NCBI GenBank assembly: GCA_030141605.1
Contig: JAQGDQ010000899.1
Coordinates: 1 to 64,000 of the forward strand
Length of the DNA: 64,000 nt
Source: Tubiluchus corallicola
Taxonomy: Eukaryota; Animalia; Priapulida
Reading direction: 5' to 3'
In this document: in pieces, positions 1 through 14,223 of the stretch
Position numbering within the stretch: position 1 is the first letter of the stretch
Layout of the letters: each line of letters starts with the position of its first letter
Notes under the pieces: generated by a model
What the model was told of the DNA's origin: nothing
Seen by the model: the letters and a program-made list of their open reading frames with translations, nothing else
Database searches by the model: none
Position numbers and translations under genes: made by a program

Positions 1-826
1 ATCACAATGCAATAGACTTACAAGCCCTACATCTATATCTTATTGTAATTTTAAAACTGTACGTGTGATTTTGAAACTTTCATGCCTAACATTCATTGCA
101 CCCGCATCACAATGCAATAGACTTACAAGCCCTACATCTATATCTTATTGTAATTTTAAAACTGTACGTGTGATTTTGAAACTTTCATGCCTAACATTCA
201 TTGCACCCGTACGACAATGCAATAGACTTACAAGCCCTACATCTATATCTTATTGTAATTTTAACACTGTACGTGTGATTTTGAAACTTTCATGCCTAAC
301 ATTCATTGCACCCGCATGACAATGCAATAGACTTACAAGCTCTACATCTATATCTTATTGTAATTTTAACACTGTACGTGTGATTTTGAAACTTTCATGC
401 CTAACATTCATTGCACCCGCATCACAATGCAATAGACTTACAAGCCCTACATCTATATCTTATTGTAATTTTAACACTGTACGTGTGATTTTGAAACTTT
501 CATGCCTAACATTCATTGCACCCGCATCACAATGCAATAGACTTACAAGCCCTACATCTATATCTTATTGTAATTTTAACACTGTACGTGTGATTTTGAA
601 ACTTTCATGCCTAACATTCATTGCACCCGCATCACAATGCAATAGACTTACAAGCCCTACATCTATATCTTATTGTAATTTTAAAACTGTACGTGTGATT
701 TTGAAACTTTCATGCCTAACATTCATTGCACCCGCATCACAATGCAATAGACTTACAAGCCCTACATCTATATCTTATTGTAATTTTAAAACTGTACGTG
801 TGATTTTGAAACTTTCATGCCTAACA
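1..826. repeat. 105-bp tandem satellite, about 8 near-identical copies, running off the window start
   Basis: The unit beginning atcacaatgcaatagacttacaagccc recurs at 1, 106, 211, 316, 421, 526, 631 and 736. The 35-aa periodic ORFs are a by-product. Confidence 0.97.
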
Positions 827-1454
827 GTGTGAGTAAATTCTGTAATCCATCTAGCCTTCTACTCAGGCCCCTCCTACTGTGTTGGTGCCCTAAGCACATC
901 TAGCAGCTGGTGCTCAGGCTCTCTCTTTTGCCCCGCGTCGCCAAATCGTTTCGCGCCTCAAAGTGTACGCATTATATGATACAACTTATGTGACACTACT
1001 TGTATACATATTGTATATATATATATATATATAATTACCCGCAACAAAGAAGGTATGATACCTACCAACAGCAAAAGAACAACAATACCAGAGTTGTGTT
1101 AAATGGGAAGTTAGAATGACCTCCCTGCATGAGTCTTTGATTATGAAACTTCTTGCTCTAGGACCTTAGTTAATGGCTGTGCAGATGTTGTGATTGCAGT
1201 GTTGCCAAATTGCCATGACAACAGCTGAAAACATGATGATAAAAATGAAGACCCTACTACATGTATGATGCTATGTAATGAGAAACAACCCGACCAGAGT
1301 GCTTCGTTTTCCTGTAGCCCTTTATCTCACATTTTGAACTGTGAAAGATTTTTGTGGTCTTTAACATGCATAATTTTTTGTTTTCAATTTACTTTTTGCC
1401 AGCTTGGTGGGTAAGCACGTTCTTAGTCTACTTATGCCTTAATCCAACTATGCT

Positions 1455-2500
<1,046 letters not shown>

Positions 2501-3291
2501 CGAACTAGAGCAGATTACAAAAGTTGGTAATAAAATAGCAAAAAGTAATAGTTCTTAAATAAAGTGGCCGGTAAAGCATGACTGCCCCTCACATTGCAAA
2601 GAGGACTGGCCACCCACCCGTCCTGGAAAAAACATTGGCAGTTTTTTGAACAAAAATACATTTACATGTTTTGAATGATTTAAGAAAAACCTCGGTCTTT
2701 GGCATCATTTTGCAACAAAAACTCGATCAGACATTAATTCGAGCGTCTCTTGCGGCACAGATGTCATGATTGATTTCGAAATTGCCTCGACGGTAGCTAG
2801 CAGACGACCTTGTGAACAATCGATATGCGATCAGGCACAATTCATTTCAAGGCTACCCAAATGCAATATCACATTACAATCATCTCGTCATACGTGGATC
2901 GCAAGAGAAGCATGCGAAGCCTGACCGTGGCTTCACTGAATGAAGGAATGACCATCTCTCATCAATCATAGCAGAGGAAAATTGAATTCAAAGGCGCAGC
3001 ATATCCACAGATTGGCAATTTACATCCACGGGAAACTAGATAAAACAATTTCCATAAAGGAGTAGATAAAACAATTTCCGTAAAGAGATTGTGCTAGCCT
3101 TACAATGTGGGCAACAGCTGGTTCATTGTGTTATGTTAGAGAATTAGCATTGATAATTAGCAAGATCGCGGTCCTGCCACCACCAAAACCATCATAAGTA
3201 GTCCCTGCCGCGGAATGCTAGATATCGGCTTGCAGTATGCCCAAGCGCATAAAAAGGTAAATGAAGGGAAAAAAGCATTGCACATTTACCC

Positions 3292-3438
3292 GTAGTGATA
3301 GTGGTAGTAGTAGTAGTGGTGGTAGTGGTAGTGATAATGGTAGTGGTAGTGGTAGTAGTAGTAGTGGTAGTGGTAGTAGTAGTAGCAGTGTAAGTGGCAG
3401 TGATTGTGGTAGTAGTAGTAGCAGCGGTAGTGGTAGTA
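3292..3438. repeat. Degenerate (GTA/GTG)n microsatellite
   Basis: gtagtggtagtagtagt... tract that gives the Ser/Gly and poly-Val pseudo-ORFs. Confidence 0.85.
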
Positions 3439-5115
3439 AAACATTTTTGTGTGAACGATCAAAAAATAATTTCCGTTTGCTTTTTTCTCATACGTTTTTT
3501 AGACATTGACATAGACGTAGCCATAAACATAGACGTTTATTTCCTCCAAATGTGTCACAAATTTCCATTTTACAAAAAAATAACTTTATCCGTGAAGATG
3601 GGGCGAGGAAACACCGTAGGTTATCTAGTCACTCACCCCTTATAATTTAATATTGTAATAACACAAAAAAGAATTGATGACACTGAATGCAATTATTGCT
3701 AATTACTTAAATACAAAAAATCAAAATAAAGCAATAACAAAAAGAAAAATATAAAAACAAACATAACAACGATAGCATAAGTGAAAAAAAGAATAATAAT
3801 AAATGAAGATGATGAATAAGTATCACAATAATTAGTTACGAATTAAATAAAATGATAATAATGTACAGTTGTTTACAAAATTCTCGGCAAAATAATGTGT
3901 ATATGATTATATAACAGAAAAAAAAACATAAAAGCAAAGCAGAGCAGTTAATTTATATCACCGTACACAAGTAATTGCTAATTGGGTATAGTGTATACAC
4001 AAAAAATGTGTTTTAGCAATTTTTTTAAACTAATTATTATAAACAAACAGTGGTAAAATTAGTTCTAGTTCTACTTGTGCATTTATCGATGTTTTATTGG
4101 TTACAATCTTAAGCAAACATTACGTCGTTTTACAAATGAATTTACAGCTCTAGCTATGCCTTTGTAGTCAATGAGAGCGTGTCGTATAGCAACTATTAGA
4201 CGCTGAAAGTCTGCGCAAATTGATCGTAACTGTAGCACAAATTGCACGGCCATCAGAATAAACGGGGCAATTTGTTGTAGAGGAAAAGAAATCAGTCACG
4301 GGGGAAGTACAGTAAACCCGCTCTGCAGGTCACATCAAATGCTTCCGGAAAAAGCTAGCCTTAGCCTATATTTAGATCTATAAAAGATTGCCAATAATGT
4401 TATGTTATCTACAGTAATATACAGCATAACTGTACGTTCGATGAAGTCGTATTATAGTACAAGTGTTCCAAAATAAACAGTACTGCACCAATATTCTGAT
4501 CAAATTGCAAAAAAATACAGCTGAGTGTTATCAGTAACTATGTAGTACGAAATTGTATTCGTATTTCTACATGTCCACACTTATTATTGGGCTTTGGGTG
4601 GTGTAATATTGGCATGTTCGTAGCATGTGGTACTACATTGTTCCTTTTGGAACACCCTGTAGAACAAAAGAGTGACAGAATGTTTGTAGCTCTCAGTAGG
4701 AAATTATCGATATCATCATTCATCAGTTCGGTTGCTAAATGATACTTAGTAATTGATAATTGATACATAGTAATGATACATACACAATTACAATATATAG
4801 TAATTGTACAATGCTAACAACCAATGATCTCATTTTTTTCTATAACACTGCCATTTTTGTTTACAAACCTGTACCAACTTTTGTAGCGATCTGTTTTCTA
4901 CAGACTTCATGAATCCTGCTGTTAAGAGTGTCTGATCACACAACACTCGCTGTTCTTCTGACCTGATTGATCTGAACCTTTCTAAACCAGTCTTCCCGTC
5001 TTTTTTAACATTCCTTTATTCCTTTATGGTCGCTTCTACTTGTTTTGCGCCGTTCTTTCGTTTTAAACAATCTAATACACTCATTTTTGTCCTCTCTTTT
5101 TTCATTCACTTGGGC

Positions 5116-5491
5116 GTAGTAGTAGTAAAATCTTTATTTGCCATTTTAAAAACATTGACCATCATAATAAAAGACAGACAATCAGTGTTAGTTCAATAAA
5201 AACATACACTGTTCTGGGCAAATGCGTCTGGTGCAAGCTAAACTATAAGTGCAACTAGAAATTCAGAAATAAAATATAACCTAGTTTAGTAAAGTCTAGG
5301 AAAAATGAAATTATGATTTGATTGAGTATCATCGTGTTCGTATGTCGGATATTCAAAACGAGTCATTAAATGTTTTTTTTAATTTAGAGTTGAATATTGA
5401 TAAAGAGCTGCTGTGTTTTAGTGATGTCGGTAATGAATTCTAAAAATGTATTGCTTGCTTAGTAATGGAATTCTTTCCATATTGGTTGTTC
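5116..5491 (-). mobile_element. 3' end of a CR1/L2-type LINE, copy A
   Basis: Minus strand reads [38 protein letters not shown], the WNxLP..F..LK C-terminus of CR1/L2 ORF2, followed by AATAAA and a (TAC)n tail. A near-identical copy lies at 15407-15741. Confidence 0.75.
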
Positions 5492-6612
5492 GTTCTAATG
5501 TTTCTTAAATTTAGTGTTCTTGCGTACTTTACAGAGGCGCAAGCGCCTAACGAGTTTTACTCGTCCACGATACGCATGTTGTCACACTCAATAATTATTA
5601 CTATTAACTGTACATTCTTTCAATGTCTCTATAAGTTTATAAATTCATTTCCAAATGAATTACTTACTTACTTGCAACCGCAAGAGTGAAATAATCGTTG
5701 TAATCAATGAAAACATGGACACAATGTTATCTAGATTTTCTCGTTCCCGCGGGAGATAATTTAACATCGCCTGGGGGAAACAGCGAATCATTAATTTAAT
5801 TATCTAGCCTAGCTGTCGCGTAGACTTGTCGCATATCCATATGAGTGGATAAATTTTTAAAATGGCCTGCACTGTACGTTATAATTGCCTTGACGCCAAG
5901 GTCTCTGCCTAAAAAAATGCAACTTAGCCATGTGATGTTGAGTTCGCACTTTTTACAGTTCATGTTATACAGTTTATCGTATTTTAAAAAGGGTTTTTAT
6001 ATCGCGCGCGATAAACCTCTTTACAAAAAACAGTATTGTGTATTTAGGCATCCATATTTTAGCTTACATTACATATTTAAGCTTGGATTATAAAATTGAT
6101 AGAATAGAATTTATTTTATACATGGAGCATATTAAATTGTATGCACAATATGTCCATATTAGTATTATATTATATTAGTTTTATAATGTTATTTAGTATA
6201 TTAGTGTGAATTAAAATATAAAGTACAACAGAATACCTTAGAATTAAACAAAACTAAAAAACGGACTAAAGTACTAAAACAGAAACATCACAAAATACTT
6301 TGCAAAATTAGATACGGATTGAAAGCAAAAGTCAGATAAAAGTAGGAAATTAAACAAGTTGAAGTTCTTAATAATTTTATTCATTGATTTTTCAGCAGAA
6401 ACGCGATCTCTGGTCAGTGGCTATGCCTTCTGTATAGTATGGAATTAAAAGATGTTGATGATGATCAAAAATGTGAAGAATTATGAACTGATTCTATTGA
6501 AATGAAGCCATTGCTGATTTGGTAGGTAGTTTTGGAAGCCCTGGTAAGTTACCGTATTCTGGCATGTTGTGAGCTAGTTCTGGAAGCCAGCGACATTTAA
6601 ACGGTGATTACA

Positions 6613-7767
6613 ATGATGCGTTTGAGCACCGTTTCACGTTTTGTGGTTGTGACGGGCATTGGCCTAACGTTAACACTAACGCTATTACTCAAGTGGACGG
6701 ACACATCCGTGCAGCAACGACGGTTTGCCGGTGGCGACGGCAACAGACGTTTATTGCACGGGTTCAGCTGGACTCCAGTGGACTCTACGAGCTATGGGGA
6801 AGCCGTGATAACCAAAGAGGTGAACTGGACTGAACGGTGGGAATACTATAAACTTGTAATGCATGGAGTCTTATCAAAAAGTGATCAATTCGCAAAAATA
6901 GATAAAGTGAATTATACTCGTCTGAACTGTAGTTCCTGCGTGAACCCACATCAGTTTAACTACATTCGAAATGAGGAACGGACATGCGAAAAAGAGGTGT
7001 ATATTCTCATCTACATCCACACGGCGCCTCGCAACTTCAAACGACGCATGGCCGTCCGCGAGACATGGGCAAGCCGGAAATGGTTGAGGAAGTTCAACAT
7101 GAAGGTTCTCTTCTTTCTGGGCAAACCGTCTTTCAACAGTACGCTTCAGAATGCCATAGACTATGAGAGCGAGCATTACCATGACATCGTACAGGAAGAT
7201 TACATTGACGCTTACAGGAACTTAACCTACAAGGGCATGAGTGCACTTAAGTGGATTACAAGATACTGTCCAAAAGCTAGATGGATATTAAAAACGGATG
7301 ATGATATATTTGTGAATATATTTGTCTTGCACAGTCATTTAAAGAATCTAATCTTGCATGGGTTTGCACCGAAAAGGACCATCATGTGTTTAGTGTGGTC
7401 TCGGATGCCAGTGCTGCGGCAGGGAAAGTGGTCAGTGGCAAACGAAACCTACGCACCCGCCTACTTCCCAAAATACTGCTCCGGAAGTGCATACCTGTTA
7501 ACGCCGGATATTGTCCCGGACATGTACAACAAATCTCTGCACACCCCATTCTTCTGGGTAGATGATGTGTACATAACGGGTTTCTTGCCAGCAAACATGA
7601 GTGTGTCCTACAATTCCATCAATTCACTCTATGCTTTAAAATCTAATGATCTGAACACGAAACTTTTGAATGATACTGATGTGGCCATATTTGGGCATAT
7701 TAGAAAGCTTAATGATATGTATCGATACTGGAATAAAGTTTTACCTAAATGGAGTGATTCATCCTGA
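6613..7767 (+). CDS. Beta-1,3-galactosyltransferase-like type II Golgi glycosyltransferase (GT31, Galactosyl_T), single coding exon, 384 aa
   Basis: N-terminal TM segment FVVVTGIGLTLTLTLLL. GT31 motifs RMAVRETW, DIVQEDYIDAYRNLTYK, KTDDD, YCSG and DDVYITG. First ATG at 6613. The exact orthologue cannot be determined. Confidence 0.93.
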   Translation: MMRLSTVSRFVVVTGIGLTLTLTLLLKWTDTSVQQRRFAGGDGNRRLLHGFSWTPVDSTSYGEAVITKEVNWTERWEYYKLVMHGVLSKSDQFAKIDKVNYTRLNCSSCVNPHQFNYIRNEERTCEKEVYILIYIHTAPRNFKRRMAVRETWASRKWLRKFNMKVLFFLGKPSFNSTLQNAIDYESEHYHDIVQEDYIDAYRNLTYKGMSALKWITRYCPKARWILKTDDDIFVNIFVLHSHLKNLILHGFAPKRTIMCLVWSRMPVLRQGKWSVANETYAPAYFPKYCSGSAYLLTPDIVPDMYNKSLHTPFFWVDDVYITGFLPANMSVSYNSINSLYALKSNDLNTKLLNDTDVAIFGHIRKLNDMYRYWNKVLPKWSDSS

Positions 7768-7841
7768 CGTGCCACAAAAATGCATAAATAAACAGTAATT
7801 ATTTAAAATTTTCCTCTAAACATTTATTTAAATACTTAAAA

Positions 7842-8326
7842 CAGAGGTGTGCAAATTGCGGCCCGCCGAGAGAATTTGTGCGGCCCGCGAAGAGATTTGT
7901 CAACCTAATGAAAGTGCGGCCCGAGCGATTAATTGAGTGTATCCAGCTGAAGTCCGTGCCACGATCCCAAAGATAGTGCGGGTAGTTTTTTCTACTAGAT
8001 CGGATGCCATTAACCCTTACAAGACGGTTGTAGCTTAATGTCACTGTACTACACAGACTGTGTGATAAACATTACTAATATGCATTGTAATGAAATTACC
8101 ATGTCTATCTGTCCTGAAAGTAGAAATATATGGTTTGTAATATAAATTTTAATAACTTCTAAAATAGTTTCTTGAGTGTAGTAGTAATGATGTACGCAGG
8201 TCGGATGCAAAAAAATCTTTATTAGGCCTTTCTGTACTTGGCTCCTTGATCAAACTGCCTGCGGCCCACAGGAATTGTGGGAAAGTTTAATGTGGTCCGG
8301 CTAGTCAGATAATTTGCACACCCCTG
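7842..8326. mobile_element. hAT-type MITE, family 1, copy A
   Basis: TIRs cagaggtgtgcaaatt / aatttgcacacccctg. 8-bp TSD acttaaaa at 7834-7841 and 8327-8334. Homologous to 34073-34547. Confidence 0.92.
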
Positions 8327-9367
8327 ACTTAAAATGATTGCCAAACAAAGTTGTGCATCTGATCCATTGAATGATCATTTGAAGCTCTTAGAGAATAACA
8401 CCTTTAGATAATTATTCAAGTTCTTATTTTTTGCAACATCTCAACTCCCTTCGGAAGACATTAGCTCATAACGTTTCTTCTTGTGGACAGATGTCGCTAG
8501 TTTGAGCAGGGTGTATGGTTGCCATCGGTGATTTCACCATTCACTAAAATTATGCAACTATCAGAAGCTAGAGCACTTTTGAAAAACCAGAATTTTGCTC
8601 AATCTTAATCTAATATAAATAAGTGATTCTATAAAATGATGATTCCCTGCGACGAAATGTAAATGAAAAAGTTCTTGTAGCATAGTTAGTAAAATGGCTT
8701 ACAAGAAAACAAGATCAGAACAGCCTTTTTTCAGAAATTGCTGGTATTTTACAATAACAGTATCGTTAAAAGAAAGTGAGGTGACTTTACGGTGCCCTGG
8801 GCTGATAGTTCTATCCCGCCCACGTTTATGCTTGTTTATGTAATAAGCAGATTAAACAATTACTTGTGGTGTATTAGAAACACTATTATCCTAGTTTCTT
8901 CGTGGTGATTATTAACTACATGTATTTGCACAGCATTTATATTCAAGCAGGCTGCACAAGTGCCTGTTGTGTACTACCTTGCATATGTTCATTATGTGGC
9001 ATTTATATAAAAGCTATGGTCACAAGTACGTGTGGTATGTTATATAATGCCCCCTTTGCATGAATATGAAAGTATACACATTTTCATAGGAGAATAAGAT
9101 TTTTTTCTAAAATGTGACCCCTCAAACTTTGGCGCCCTAGGCTATGTTCTAGTTAGCCTATTGGTTAATACATCTCTGGATTTTTATAAAAACATTCAAG
9201 TATATGTTAAACTCTTAAACATTCTTCATAGAGTTTCAAAACTTCAAGGAGTGCTCAGTAAAGATACCTTTCATTAACTGTTACTTCAGGAAAATAAGCA
9301 TTAAATCGTAGTAGTTGAGATACATTTGGTGGTCAACTTTGAACTCAAGATAAATAGTTTACCTACG

Positions 9368-9557
9368 CAGGGTCGGCCTTAGGTAATTGGAGGCCCTAGG
9401 CGAAGTGAATTTGGTGACCCCAAATGAAATAGAAAAATAAAAAATAAAATTACGCAATTTATTAAAAACTATCATGTATGTTACCTCGGCGTGAGGCCCC
9501 CTGGAGGGTGAGGCCCTAGGCTGTTGCCTAGTTTGTCTATGCTTAAGGCCGGCCCTG
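9368..9557. mobile_element. Short hAT-like MITE
   Basis: TIRs cagggtcggcctta / taaggccggccctg, flanked by a 7-bp direct repeat acctacg. The internal motif atgttacctcg.cgtgaggccccct recurs near 35622. Confidence 0.8.
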
Positions 9558-12500
9558 ACCTACGTAATTTGCATAAACCCAATTTCCTACAGAATCTGAT
9601 CCTAAATTTAAGAGTATCTGAAACCTTTCAGATTGTCCAAAATTTGTATGATCGATATACTTTACCACTGCGTTAATTAATCAAATTTACAGCTTAATTC
9701 AAGGTTAGTTTAACATTCAGCTGTATAATTTATAATTGAACTGCATTAATAAAATCTATAAGCCTGTGTTTATTATACAGTTTCTTAATTAACGAGATCA
9801 ATAGGAAAGCATCAATACGCCACCTGGAGGCAAAATGTTTTGCATATTCATTGTTTATGGCATTATAAAAGTTTCATACGTTCCCCTGTTGAGTGTACAA
9901 TTCAATTCAATTAAATTTATTTATCTCTTTATAGTATTACAATCTGGTGTATAACTTACTTATATCTTTATAGTGTATAACTTACCGAGAACGTCATATT
10001 TTTCAAATGTCGCATTCCTTGCAACTACAATTGTTATAGAAATACCTGCAAAGCAATCTCAGGCATAAAGTTGCTTCCTGAAAATTTTATGATAAACCAT
10101 AATTAGGTGTAAAACCAGATCGGTATATCCCTGTTCTGCAGCGATAACCTTTGACTAATAATGCATTTACTAGATAATTACTCATGTAGTTGATCACGAT
10201 TACATTCTAGAATAGGATGTCTTGTATTTGTTTTATCAGTACGTTTCGTCAGCTGTACATTTAGCGTGCTGTATATTTTGCGCACCTTACACCTTAACAT
10301 TATATATTTTGCTAGTAACCTTTGTGCCAATGAAGTTTCTGCTGAAATGCGTAACATGCAAAGTGTACAACTGGCAAAGTGTGCAATAGCAAACTGTACA
10401 TCTGGCAAACTGTGCACTGTTGAAATGTAAAGCTGGTCAAGCATTTGACGCAATGTAAAATCATGAGCTTACTCCAAGATATTCAATATAGATCTGCTTT
10501 TCAAACTGCTTTTTATTTAGCTATGTAATTTTATTTAATGAAAGAGCACTGAAAGTTGCTCGGGATGCTGTGCAGCAATAAAAGCCCAAAAAGTTGTGAT
10601 ACGTGTATTTCTGTAGGAAACGGTGCCTTGACAAACTTCTTCCTTAGGAAGTTACACAGTCACAAACTAATTGAAAGCTAAAACTGATAATGTGGCACTG
10701 TAAGCACATGGCTGGACATAATAATCCAAATTCCAACTGTTTCCTCACGTCCAAAACTTCATTAAGGCAGATTTGTTTCACTGTATGTAGAGTGCCAATA
10801 GTCTGTAAAAGTCATTATGTTATCTCACTAGTCATTAGAGCTATGTAAAGCTAACTACTCACAGCCACTTTTGCACAACCAAAGTTTGTTATATATTCAG
10901 TTAGTATAACTTAAAAATATTAACTACCTCACAAACTTTGTTACACTGGGCGTAAAAAGAGCACACAAACTTATACCACCACCTATAGTGTCCAACTTGT
11001 TATACTAATATTAATGACTCTATACGTACCAAATGTATGTAAGTGTATATAGATTCAGCATGACAGGTTTACGTTAAATTGATGAAAGTTGTAAAGTGTT
11101 GGAAATAGTAAATTGCTGTGTTTATAATAATAAATAGTACAAATACTTTACCATAATAATGCGTTTTTATTAACTTTATGCTCCTGAATTTGTATATGCC
11201 AAATTTGCCAACAGACAATGCAAGAGTGGCACATAGACCAGTCAACAACTCCATACATTGATTACAAATCTGATTCCTAAACTAGATAATCACATTAAAA
11301 TGAACTCAAATTAAAGAGCGTGATGGCAGCAAGCAAAATGGCAGGAGGTCAAACACTTGCAAAGCATAAATCTAACCGACAGATGTCCAAACAAAAACAT
11401 GATGAGAATTTTTTGGTTCACACGAAAACAGTACCTGCTTGGTCAGTTGCAGAGAGGCTACAGGTGATTACTTGATGGGCATAGAAAGTGGACATTGATA
11501 GACACAGAACCATGCCATGCTCATATTTTCTGTAATGTTATTTCAGACAAAGTGGCAATTAAATGGTTTTTAGAAAAATCGTTCTCCTAATTTCTGTGGG
11601 TGTTTTGCTGTGCTCATCTTCCTTCTGCAAGCTACCCACTTGAACTAAACTAACAAAAGAGAAATGAATTAGTCTAAGCTGCCATCTACCGTCGTTGTTT
11701 TTACTCTAATTGTACAAAGTTTGTCAGAGATTGATTTTGTTTCTAAATATTGTTTACTCATTGCTTTTATAGATTATTCATTAATCTGAGTAATTAGATT
11801 GCTAATTTCCTTTGCTTTAATTCTCTTTAAGTTAAAACAGAGAAAAATTATAACACAGTTTTCTGTAAGCAAATAATCTTTATTCTGCTATCAAAGCAGC
11901 CAAATAGGCTTTGATCTTGATTTAACTAGTAGTCTGTAGAGTATACGTGACCTTTCTATTTATGGTCTGTATGCATGAATGTAATTTACCTTCCAATAGG
12001 AACTTGAATCTCTGGTCATGTGATTTACTGCTCAATTCTCTCAAAGCATGCAAGTTTCAGTTGATCTAGAGACAGCAATGTTAAAGGATGCAAAATTTCT
12101 ACAGTATCATATTGCTAACTCTTATGACTGTTTGTTCAATTTTGTTACTAAAGTGAACATTGTATACGTTTTACAACAAAATGATTGCAAATTTCTACAC
12201 CTTTGATGTAGCAGCAAATTTCTTGTTATATGTGGCTCTTTACAATCATCTCTTTGGCAACAACAGCAATGGAAAATTAAAGCTTTCTCAAAGTGAAACT
12301 TACTTTAGAAAGGATTGTTCTGCTCATGTAAATGCAATTACGTTTACACCAATACCAAGATCGGTGCAACACCATTGGTGAAAGAAAGAAAAATATAACA
12401 TCAGTGTATTTTCAATTCATGATAAATGCCTAACTTTTACCATGTCAAGCTTTAACATGTTTCTTGCTAGATAATATGATTGACATCACCCTTACAGGAA

Positions 12501-13300
12501 AATAATAAAACATTCAAACTGCCTGGTTTCATAACTATTTACAATTTTAATTAGTAAATTATTGCTTAATGAAGAAATGTACTTAAAATTATTCATTAAC
12601 TTTCAAGTTCTTTTCATCAAACTTTGAAGCTAATCCCAAAAAATCGGGACTCAGGCAGAAATTTGAACCAGAACCTTTAGATTACACGCCAAATGCTCTG
12701 GCCATTACAAGCTGTATTAGCTTCCACGGCGCTGGGCGTAATCCAAAAATCCCTGGTAAAAATCTACATGTTTCCATCCTTTCTAAAAAAACTTAATTAA
12801 ACTTTTAAACAATTTAATAAATGTGGGTTCACTCCATCATTAACAACTTCCTAATTTCAAACAAGTGAAATATTACGTTTACATCCAAACCATTTCAAAA
12901 TGTTCAGTTCAGAATACAGAATAATTTATTTGCCTCAATAACATAATCAACATAGCATTAACAAATGATGTGACTACTAAGAGAGACAGGGTGGCGAAAA
13001 GACCGAAAGGTCATCGAATCTACCACCCTTCTACTAATTTAATAACAAAACTCTACTTAGATTAGTACTATGAGCTATAGATATACTATAAACATTGCGA
13101 TATTTACACATTTGTAATTAATGAACCCATGATTGATTATAATAATGATATAATGATGAGCTGAATCTTTGTATGAGTTCAGTACTTAATGTAAATAATT
13201 GTTTACATTACAAACATTATATTACAAATTGTCACCTGTAACTTGCAGAATTTCAAAAGCAGCACTATTTCATGTAAATTAGCATCAACCTAGTCATATA

Positions 13301-13831
13301 CAGTCTAGCCTCGTTATCTCGCCCCTCGTTATGCCGCCAAACTCGTCTCTCGCCATAGAAAGTGCCAGGACAGATTTACTGCTTTGATATTTACCTCGTT
13401 AAGTCGCCACCCTCGCTTCTCGCCCTCGCCACGTCATGCTAGGATGAGGGCTTGTGTAAACTATATTCGTTATGTCGCCACACAGACAAACTCAGAGGTG
13501 AATCGATCAATACATATACAGCGTGTCGATCAATATAACCGCGGTATGTAGACAATGCTGCTGTACTCGATAGACAGACATAATTAATCTAGTGTGTGTC
13601 TCACCAGGATTATATTAGGAGTGCTATGGTTGGTTAATGCACAGAGAAACTAAAGCGTCGCCGATATCCTTACTGTATAACACCAAAGATGCGTTTAAGT
13701 TTGAGTTTTCACAAAGCGTGAGCAAATTTACATGATGTCTCTGAAGCGAATATTCCCGTTATCTCGCCATACTCGCCTCTCGCCAAAAATCTGCCCTAGA
13801 CGGACAGTGGCCAGATAACGAGGCTAGACTG
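13301..13831. mobile_element. pogo/Tigger-like (Tc1/mariner superfamily) MITE, copy A
   Basis: TIRs cagtctagcctcgttatct / agataacgaggctagactg, flanked by TA on both sides. An inverted, longer copy lies at 47657-48517. Confidence 0.9.
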
Positions 13832-14223
13832 TACACAAAACTGGGCACTGTAACAGGTCAAATACAAGATAAATAAACATATTTCTTGCAGTTGCCACAG
13901 TATTACCAATTGAATATGTTGAACATGATGAAATTTCAGCCTCTTAAATACCACAGCCATTAGCAAGTAACAACCCAAACACCTTAGTTAACATACAATT
14001 GAAACTACCACTTCAGTAACACACGATAGTAAATAAAAGCAACACAATTACAAAGAAAAAATGCCGAAATTATAATTTCAATGGTAACTAACCATGATTG
14101 GTTGGAAAGTATCACATGCTTAAATGTTATAAAAGTTTTGCGTGTTAATTAATTATGAATAATTATTAATTACTGTTAATTAATTAATTCTCGATGTCGC
14201 ACAAATCGTAATTTATCGCACAT

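Noticed and set aside
65-832. Periodic Cys-containing ORFs, and a CRISPR-like appearance
   Set aside because: Head-to-tail 105-bp satellite with no unique spacers and no cas genes. One unit has a stop, and the starts are GTG.
6874-7594. Antisense and alternate-frame ORFs within the glycosyltransferase, and similarly within MBD4 exon 2 and the zinc-finger gene
   Set aside because: Shadows of real coding sequence with no recognisable motifs.
12640-12765. tRNA-like sequence with a B-box remnant on the minus strand
   Set aside because: No complete cloverleaf can be built. At most a decayed tRNA-derived SINE head.
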